Shown here in pieces: positions 41,143-49,400 of a stretch of 64,000 nt of DNA (its first letter is position 1; every line of letters starts with the position of its first letter). Below the pieces are notes generated by a model that saw only the letters and a list, made by a program, of their open reading frames with translations, was not told the DNA's origin and ran no database searches. The position numbers were made by a program, and so were the translations under genes. The stretch covers positions 2,542,001-2,606,000 of the forward strand of contig OZ037772.1 of the NCBI GenBank assembly GCA_964035545.1, in the 5' to 3' direction. This DNA is from Bugula neritina. Lineage: Eukaryota; Animalia; Bryozoa.

Positions 41143-43401
41143 TTACTGTTTACTGGCACGTCTACTCTCGACTGCATCAACATAGGAAAAGACCGGACAG
41201 CGTGGTTGTGAAACGTGACTAGGGCTTTTCACTTCCAGCGGATGAATCTCGTGTGAGATTCCGCCGAGGCAAAAGTTGAGATTCTCGTGGTGATCACAAC
41301 TCCCACGGCTCTTTGCCTGCTTTCCCATGCGAGGCCTCTCTAGACTTTTGTTACTGCCGCTTATACCGCGGTCACGTACACAGTCTCTGAGACACGCTGG
41401 AAGTTGCCTAGTGTGTGGTGTTGGTCCTATGTTGGCATCTCCTTGCGGAGCCCCTCCCACGGGGGGTTTTTGCACTTCCGGACCTGTTTCTGGTTCCGGA
41501 AGTGGTGATGATGGCAGGCTTGACGTTGGGGGCGGTGGGCGCACTTTCAAGGACGGAAGTGGCCTTTCTCGCCTCGCCAAGTCTTCCTGACGTGTCATGG
41601 AGGTGTTTCCGGCCAGGTTGACAGTCTCCGCCCGCCGAGACCTTCTCGCACAATGCGTCTGCCGCCCCGCTTCACCAGGGAGACGGCTATGCTTGTTGGT
41701 CTGGCAGACTTTGCACCGTCTCACTCTGCGTCGGATATCCCGTTCCATGTTAGGCCAGTACCACCGGAGTTGTAGCTTGGTGACCACCCCTTGGACTCCT
41801 CCGTGAGTCTCCTCGTGAGTGTCTTGTATCAACTTCCGGCGGATGGCAACTGGGCAGACAACCCTCTTCCTGGCTGGCTGTCTGCTGTTGGTGGCCAAGG
41901 TCATGGTTAGCAGACCATCTGGCCCGACCCGCAGAGAGCTCCAACGTTGACAGTACAGTCGTAACTCGGCGCATCCCTGTCGCCGTTGTGTACTACTGGG
42001 TCGTCGCCCCTCCTGTTTCGCTCGGTACACGTCGGCTACCACCCCAGGAAGGCATTCCTGGAGCTTCGGCAGCTCCCTAACGTTACCAGCCCATACAGGT
42101 TTGGCGCGGAAGCTCTGGGCAGCCTCCGGGGGCGTGTCAGCCCTCTGTTGAAGTGGCTGAGCAGGGGCAGTCCTCGCCGCCCGTGGTACCTCACGGCAGC
42201 CTGCTCTATTTAGGCGGGCTCCGTGGTTTGTGTGGCCGAACGCCTCACTGTACCCATGTGGCAACCTAGCCATAGCCTGGCGCTTTCCGTTGCCTGTGCA
42301 GCCACGCGTCCCTGGAGGAGGGGAGGCGTGGGTTGGGACGGTCCTCCGCCCTCGAGACGGGCTCTGCTGAGGACCTTCCGTCGTAGCTCCCGACGACGGC
42401 CCAATGGCTTCCTCCTGGACAGGATGGAAGCGACCCAGCATGGATCTGGGTGGTAGGTCTACTGTCTCTGAGAAGGGGTTGACACACTGCACTGAGATCT
42501 CTCCTTGTCCCGTGAGCCGGCTAAAACTACGGGCAAGTTGGACTCTCGAGTGCGTACTTTCGACAACTCCCAACTTAGAGGTTTGGCCACCGTCTACCTT
42601 GCAGTGGACGGTAGCCCGGGAGTGGCCTGGTATAGTACAGCTCCGTACTACCTGCACTGCTCCCGCTAGAGGACGACCAAACTTATCGACACAAGCGAGC
42701 TCCTTGTCGCCCATGATTATCGCAGATTTACTGAAATCGATGCGACAACCGTGTCGTTGTAAGAATGGCATCCCGAGGATAGCATCCTCGTTGAGCTGCC
42801 CGACGATAAACGTCTCTTGGATGGCCTGGTTACGGACGTAACCAGTTAGCTCAATAATGCCGTAGAAGGGAATGCACGACCCGTCTGCCAAGGTGCCATG
42901 ATCCCCCTCGTACGGTGCCAACCTGTCCTTGACCTTAGCGCTGAGGGTGTCAAAGAACTGACGGCTAAGGAGGTTGGTGGTGCAGCCGGAGTCCAGGAGG
43001 AAGTTGGCAGGCTTGCCGGCTAACTTCCCTGGCAGGAAGTAGCTACTTCCGTGCGGCTGCAATTGAGTGTGCCGTGGTTGCACCTCCCTCGCTGTGGGTC
43101 GAGGGGTCCACGGTTGGCGGCGACTATTGACCAGCTGCCGAGGTTGGGGCGGTACGCCTTGCGGCGCTTGTACCGTTTCCCTCGCAGGCTCTGTGGTCAA
43201 CCGTCTGCCGGCTCCGTGTTGGTGCCGGAGTGGCGTAGAGGACCCAGGCGGCGAGTGGCTTGAGCCTACTCGCCGCGGGGGTCGCCACTTCACAGCATCT
43301 CCGCGCGGCGCCCAGCGGGGCGACAGATGCGCGGGCCTCCCTGGGTGATTCACAGACGGCCCGCAGGAGGTGGGAACATCTGCGGGCCGGGGTAGTTTAA
43401 C
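41143..43401 (-). CDS. pol: Element A truncated Pol (protease + integrase HHCC region; RT, RNase H and IN core deleted in frame), -1 frame to gag
   Basis: LLDSGCT protease motif and HEETH...CKVC present; no YxDD or DDE; colinear with B Pol except two large deletions. Confidence 0.88.
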   Translation of the reverse strand, partial: VKLPRPADVPTSCGPSVNHPGRPAHLSPRWAPRGDAVKWRPPRRVGSSHSPPGSSTPLRHQHGAGRRLTTEPARETVQAPQGVPPQPRQLVNSRRQPWTPRPTAREVQPRHTQLQPHGSSYFLPGKLAGKPANFLLDSGCTTNLLSRQFFDTLSAKVKDRLAPYEGDHGTLADGSCIPFYGIIELTGYVRNQAIQETFIVGQLNEDAILGMPFLQRHGCRIDFSKSAIIMGDKELACVDKFGRPLAGAVQVVRSCTIPGHSRATVHCKVDGGQTSKLGVVESTHSRVQLARSFSRLTGQGEISVQCVNPFSETVDLPPRSMLGRFHPVQEEAIGPSSGATTEGPQQSPSRGRRTVPTHASPPPGTRGCTGNGKRQAMARLPHGYSEAFGHTNHGARLNRAGCREVPRAARTAPAQPLQQRADTPPEAAQSFRAKPVWAGNVRELPKLQECLPGVVADVYRAKQEGRRPSSTQRRQGCAELRLYCQRWSSLRVGPDGLLTMTLATNSRQPARKRVVCPVAIRRKLIQDTHEETHGGVQGVVTKLQLRWYWPNMERDIRRRVRRCKVCQTNKHSRLPGEAGRQTHCARRSRRAETVNLAGNTSMTRQEDLARRERPLPSLKVRPPPPTSSLPSSPLPEPETGPEVQKPPVGGAPQGDANIGPTPHTRQLPACLRDCVRDRGISGSNKSLERPRMGKQAKSRGSCDHHENLNFCLGGISHEIHPLEVKSPSHVSQPRCPVFSYVDAVESRRASKQ

Positions 43402-44300
43402 CCTGGTGGGAGTTGAGGGCAGTTTCTCTGGAAATGTCCTGGCCTTCCGCATTCCCAGCAGAAGTGGTGCCCCATGCCTGGTGATTGTACCTGCGGCCCG
43501 CAAGGCTCACGGGCAGTATCTACCTGGCTTGGGGAGGCTAATGTGGTGACCAGTTTATCTAGCATGTCAGTCATCTGTGAGATTTTTGACGCTAGTGACA
43601 TCTGGTTCACACTAGCCACCGCGGAGGGTTCCGCATTTAATTCGGTGTGAGCAGTAGAGTGCTCCGTGGTCACCTGGCGGGAGGCCACGCGGTTGCGGTG
43701 CATATGAGTCGCCAAGAGATAGGCTTCTCCCACCGCAAGTGCATCTTCGACTGTGGTGACTCCCCTCGCTTGGAGTTGATGGTGGAGCCCCAAGTCGTTG
43801 ATGGACTGCACGAAGGCATCATAGGTATACCTCTCACAGTGTACCGGAGGCAGATCGCGGAATGCAATCTGCGCTAATGGGTACACCGTGGCAGCGTGCT
43901 CTTCTAGTGACGTGTGAGGATCACGCCGCATCCTCTGTAGACGGGCCCGCGCATCTATGGGAGAGATGCCAAAACGGGCCCGCAGGGAAGCAAAGATTCC
44001 GTCTATGTCAGGTCCAGCTCCGTACGGCTTAGCTTTGCCCGTCAACGCCATCCTGAGCTTTAGCAACGCCACCCTTGGCGGCCATTCTGTAATCTCCATC
44101 ACATCCTGGAATTTTTGGATGAACTGCTCCACTGCTTCTTCGCCAGTGAAGTTGGGCGCCTTCAGCCGGTATCTATCTTCACCATGCTCTCTAAGAATTC
44201 TCACTTCTTCATCTAACACCACTGGTTCCACAGGTATATCAACATTATCTCTCTCACCTTCATTCAGTGGAATGGGTAGCTCCGTGCCGTCTTCTGCCAT
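43350..44300 (-). CDS. gag: Element A Gag (ATG at 44300, MAEDG...)
   Basis: Zinc knuckle CWECGRPGHFQRNC; homologous to element B Gag. Confidence 0.92.
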   Translation of the reverse strand: MAEDGTELPIPLNEGERDNVDIPVEPVVLDEEVRILREHGEDRYRLKAPNFTGEEAVEQFIQKFQDVMEITEWPPRVALLKLRMALTGKAKPYGAGPDIDGIFASLRARFGISPIDARARLQRMRRDPHTSLEEHAATVYPLAQIAFRDLPPVHCERYTYDAFVQSINDLGLHHQLQARGVTTVEDALAVGEAYLLATHMHRNRVASRQVTTEHSTAHTELNAEPSAVASVNQMSLASKISQMTDMLDKLVTTLASPSQVDTAREPCGPQVQSPGMGHHFCWECGRPGHFQRNCPQLPPGLNYPGPQMFPPPAGRL

Positions 44301-45315
44301 GACTGCTATACGCAAGATCCCACCGCTGCCACCACTGTAGTAATTTGTGCAATTACTGAGCGTGAGTTATTTACTTGCGTATAGTTAGCTGGTTATTCTG
44401 TTATCAATTACTAAGGTAGCTGTCGAGTAATTATATTTATTATCCACAATAACGCATAAACCAAACATCACATCAAATTATCCTATACAAGAGTCAACTA
44501 CTAACACATGTTACTACTACAAGCCTCCGCTTACAACAACGTGATATAATCTTAAAAACCCGGGAAGTGTCACGTGACTCGGAAGCATACCTTCCGGAGC
44601 TGCTAATTGGTTGCTACATAAGAGTCTAAGTATTCCAGGAATAGGGAGAGGGCGATTCCTGTATTTGTACTTGCACTACTCACTACACCATTACTAGTGT
44701 TAGATTACCACAATGTAATAGTGTTATAATTTTCAGATTTAGGGTTGATATGCTATCCAGAGAGTCTATTTATCTCGTATAGAACTGCACCAGGCTAAGT
44801 CGAGTGAACGAGTATATTTTATACACAACTATACATTATAAAAACACGATACATTATTTCTAACAAGTTACACATCTAATCTATTTCACACTCTAGCTTC
44901 GACTGGGTTAGCAGCGGGAAACTACAATTGCTGCTAACTATCAACTACGCTAATTGGCTATCCACTGTTCCGGGTCAATTACGCGACCCTACATGTTGTG
45001 CTGCTGGTAGTTCCACGAACCACCACACCGCCCCCACCAGCAGAAAGCCATCTTTCTGATATATATATAAAAAACACATTCAATAGTAATTGCATACATC
45101 AGTGGACAAAAATAATACATAATATACAGGAAGAGACATAATAATAGACAGAGTCGTTATAACGATCCGTTGCATACAATTGGCCAGCTGTAGATAGACG
45201 AGGAATACTAGCTAGCTGTGGTATTAGACAAGGAATAACCTGTCTAGCAGTTAAGCATTTGCACAATTTTGGTTCCTCACCAAATGTGGAGTTGTGGAGT
45301 ATTCTGGGTAGCATA

Positions 45316-46392
45316 CTAGAGTCCTTGTTGGGCACGCTGGTGCTTGGCTTGGCATGTATGCAGTTTCCGTTTCATACGGCATACGGATCCCTTCAGCTGG
45401 AAGAGTCCTGTGGTAGTGTTAAGTAGATCCGGTGCCAGCTGGGTGAACTCTTCTTGTAATCGTAGGAGGCGTTCTTCTACTGTAGCTAGTCGTACTGGGT
45501 CTGGGGACGGTGTCCGTCTGCGGCGTAAGGGTGGACTGGGGGACCTGGTCCGTCTCTTCGCCGGGGTAGGGGAGATCTCTCCTTCTTCTGGATATGTAGT
45601 TTCCTCGGGGGTGTATGTAACTGGAGGGCGGTCAGACACCAGCGGGGATTGTTGGCGGGCGTTGTCTAACACACGTTGGAACCCCGAGGATAGAACGGCT
45701 AATAGCATGGCCTTCTTTACCAGAGGTCGTATATACGTGAGGAACTCCGGGTACAGCTTAGCGTCGACCACATAGTTTTCTCCAGGGAAACAGCCCGCCG
45801 CTCTGTGTCTGGTGACGGGGTAGGGATACACATCATTGTACCCGCAGGGGCAGAAGGTCAGTAGGAGATGAGCATTGACGTGTAGTTTAAGGGAGCGGTG
45901 AGAGGCGCAATCTTCACCACAGATCTGGCATCTCGTCCGTCCTCTGGACCCCCAGGCTGTTTCTATTTCTTCTTCGGTTTGTGGAGACACCCACCGCCAA
46001 CGGCGGCGTAGTGGCTCAGGCCGGTCACCACTAGCATAGTCCTCCGGATACGGAGCGGGAAGTGTTCTATCCCGTACCCTGGTTGTAGCGGGTCGAGTGT
46101 AATCTGAAAAAGTTTCAACAGTGTTAGTATAGTACACTGCTGTGTTGTCAGCTTGAACAGCTTGGCAACTCCTAATTCAGTTACCTCGTAGAGATTAATG
46201 ATAGTGAATAGTCAGATAGAACCGTATTGCAATGAGATTATAAAAATCTCTAAGTCAAACTGAGTTCTTACTACGGTATTTCACTAACCTATCTCCAGCT
46301 CGATTGACTCAGTGAGTCAGAGCTGAGCGATGCAATCTAGTTTCGTATTAAGATATAGTTAACTCACCCCACGATCTGTTGTCGTAAGACAT
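45316..46392 (-). CDS. Element B ORF3: spliced accessory protein of 270 aa (exon 1 46392-46368, intron 46367-46104, exon 2 46103-45316) with zinc fingers, Arg/Ser-Pro tract and coiled coil
   Basis: ATG TCT TAC GAC AAC AGA TCG TGG G|GTGAGT ... TACTAAC ... TTTTTCAG|AT TAC gives an in-frame product; the same exon structure is present in element A. Confidence 0.8.
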
Positions 46393-46416
46393 ACTGAATA
46401 TGTGAAATGGTTTGAA

Positions 46417-49400
46417 CTACTGCTTAGAAACACGTCTACTCTTGACTGCATCAGCGTATGAAAAGATCGAGCAACGTGGTTGGGGTGCGTGATTAAGACT
46501 TTGTGCACCCAGCGGATGAATTTTGTTTCTATTTCTGCCGATACAAAAGTTGATATTTCCGTGGTGTTGACAACTCCCACATTTGCTCGATTCTTTTCTC
46601 GTACGGTTTTCCCCTAGACTTTCATGTGTGCCGCTTTTAACGCAGTCACATACGAAGTCTTTCAAGTATGCGGGGGGTTGCCTCGTACGCTGTCCCCTTT
46701 CTAGGGGGGGTGACACGCTTGCCGGTTCGTTAGTAGGGGCCTCTAATGGCGTCTCTACTTCACCGTCCCCGGTCACCTCTTCTTGTTCTCCGGATGGAGC
46801 CCCTCCCTCCGTGGGGGTTTGCACTTCCGGAACCGGCTCGGTTTCTGGAAGTGATGGAATTAGACTTGGCGGTGGCGGACACGCTTCTGTTGACAAAAGC
46901 TGCCGCTCCTCTCTCACCAAGTTTTCTTCCCGCGGTATGACCACTTCGTATTCAGGTCCATGCCGCCGTCGCCCGCGCGTTGTTGTCTGCCTCCTGGGCT
47001 CTAACAACGGGGGGGCTTCTCCCACTCCGCCGGGGCTAGCCCAATACGGTTTCAAGCGAGACTCATTCTGGATAGACACCTGTCCTGAGCGCTCAATCTT
47101 GTACGTATGATTGGGCATAGCCTCGACGACCACGTAGGGGCCTACGAACTTAGGCTTCAGCTTATCAGCCTGTCCGCGGCGCCTACGGTAATTGACCATC
47201 CACACCTTATCTCCCCTTTGATAGAGGGGTGGTTCATCGGAATCTTCGTGCCGCACCTTCCACTGCTGTTGACGCAGTATCTCGTGTGCGGCCTTCATCC
47301 GTTCCACTAGTTCACTGGCATACTCATGGACTGAGTTATCCTGCTCTGGAACGTGATAGGTGAGATGGTCAGGGACACGAGTCTCCCTCCCGAGCATCAA
47401 GAGGTTTGGGGTCTCACCAGTACTGGTGTGTGGGGTGCTACGGTATGCACGCATGACTTGCGGCAACACCGTATCCCATTCCTCTTGACCTCGTCCAAGG
47501 AGGAGACTCCGGAGTGCATCACCTAGCATCCGGTTGTTGCGCTCCACCACCCCGTTACCTTGAGGGTGGTAGGGGGTGGTCCTGCTCTGATTTACTCCCC
47601 AGAGGTGGCAAAGGTCGCTCATCAGTTGAGACTGGAATTGAGCGCCTTGATCAGAGTGTATCTGTTCGGGGAGCCCAAAATAACAGAATACATGTTGGTC
47701 TAGTGCCCTGGCCACTGTTGGGGCTGATGCATCTGGGATAGCCAGAGCATCCGCCCACCTAGTAAAGTGGTCGGTTAGTACTAGGATCCAATTATTGCCT
47801 CTGGGGGTCAGGGGCATGGGTCCGACCAGGTCTACAGCGACTACTTGCCAGGGCCTGCCAGCATATAGCCTCCGCCGTCCTGCTTCACCAGGGGGGCGGC
47901 TATGCTTACTGGCCTGGCAGATCTCACACTGTTTGACTCTGAGCCGGACGTCACGCTCCATCTGCGGCCAATACCACCGGAGTCGTAATTTGGACATCAC
48001 TCGCTTGACCCCTGCGTGGGCCTGCTTGTGAGTATCCCAAATCAACTCACGGCGGATGGCTGTGGGGCAGACTACCCTCTTCCTTTCCGGGTGTCTGCCG
48101 CTGGCAGCTAGAGAGATGGTCAGTAACCCATCCTGCCCGATCCGCAGCGAGTCCCAACGCTGACAGTATAGCCGGAACTCGGCGCATCCCTGTCTTATGC
48201 GTTCCTCGCTGGGTCGTCGCCCTTCCCGTTTGGCCCGGTATATGTCTGCCACGACTCCAGGCAGCTCTTCTTGGAGCTTCTTCAGCTCTCGAACATTACT
48301 GGCCAGTACAGGGTTGGCGCGGAGGTTTTGCACATCCTCCGGGGACTCATCAACTCTTTGCCTGAGTTGACCTTGGTCCCAGTCAAACGGTGCTCCGTGA
48401 TGAGCCAGCGCTTCCAACTCGCATCGTGGGGGACCTCCATCCCTCCTCTCGATGTTGAGACACTGTTTGCAACCTCCGTCAGGTCGGCGACTCAACCCAA
48501 CCGCATTGCTGTGTCTCTTGCCCGGTCGATGTTCGATCCGGTATGAGAATTCAGCTAGGATTTCGAGCCACCGGGCGACCTGACTAGAGGGCTCTGCTCT
48601 CCTGCACAACCAGATCAGCGAGGCATGATCCGTACGCAGCCGGAACTTCCTGCCATATAGGTATGGTCTGAAGTGCTTCACTGACTTGATTACTGCCAGC
48701 AGCTCCTTGCGGGTAGTGCAGTAATTTCGTTCAGCGGGAGAGAGAGACTTGCTGTAGTAGGCTACTACTACCTCTCGGCCTTCCTGCACTTGTGACAACA
48801 CAGCGCCAACATTCTGGTCACTGGCGTCCGTGTCTAGGATGTACTCCAGAGTGGGGTCTGGGTAGGCCAAGATGGGCGCCGTTAGTAGGCAGCCCTTGAG
48901 GCGGTCGAATGCTTCTTGTTCGACTGGAGTCCACTGCCACGTCACTCCCTTTGCGGTAAGCCGGTTTAACGGCTGGGCTATGCCCGCAAAGTCTGGTATG
49001 TATTGCCTGTAATACCCTACCAGCCCCAAGAAAGCCCGGAGTTCGGTCAAGTCTTGGGGGGTGACCCAGTCTTCTACTGCCCGTACCTTTTCGGGATCCG
49101 TCGCCACGCCGTTTCGACCGACAACGTGCCCCAGGTACTTGACCTCCGGCTGCAACAGAGCGCACTTGGAAGGTTTGAGCTTAAGACCGGCACCTCGGAG
49201 TCTCTCGAAAACCTCCTGCAGACGACTGACATGTGTCTCGAAGTCTGGAGAGATTACGATGACATCATCGAGGTAGACCAGCAGTGTCTTCCAATGGAGT
49301 CCGCTAAGGACTTGTTCCATCAGCCTCTGGAAGGTGGCTGGGGCGGAGGTTAACCCGAAGGGCAGCACCTTCCACTTCCACAAACCGTCCCGTGTGATAA

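Larger units (their letters stand above)
39430..44687 (-). mobile_element. Element A: non-autonomous Ty3/Gypsy LTR retrotransposon; LTRs 44336-44687 (5') and 39430-39781 (3')
   Basis: 352-bp LTRs with two differences seen; tRNA-Leu-type PBS at 44317-44334; PPT next to 39781; gag, deleted pol, decayed ORF3. Confidence 0.95.

Noticed and set aside
44317-44334. tRNA-like sequence (also 51900-51917, 55680-55693)
   Set aside because: Only 14-18 nt matching tRNA 3' ends including CCA, adjacent to LTRs; these are primer binding sites, not tRNA genes.
45316-46137. ORF3 as an env gene
   Set aside because: No signal peptide or transmembrane anchor; zinc fingers and basic tracts instead.
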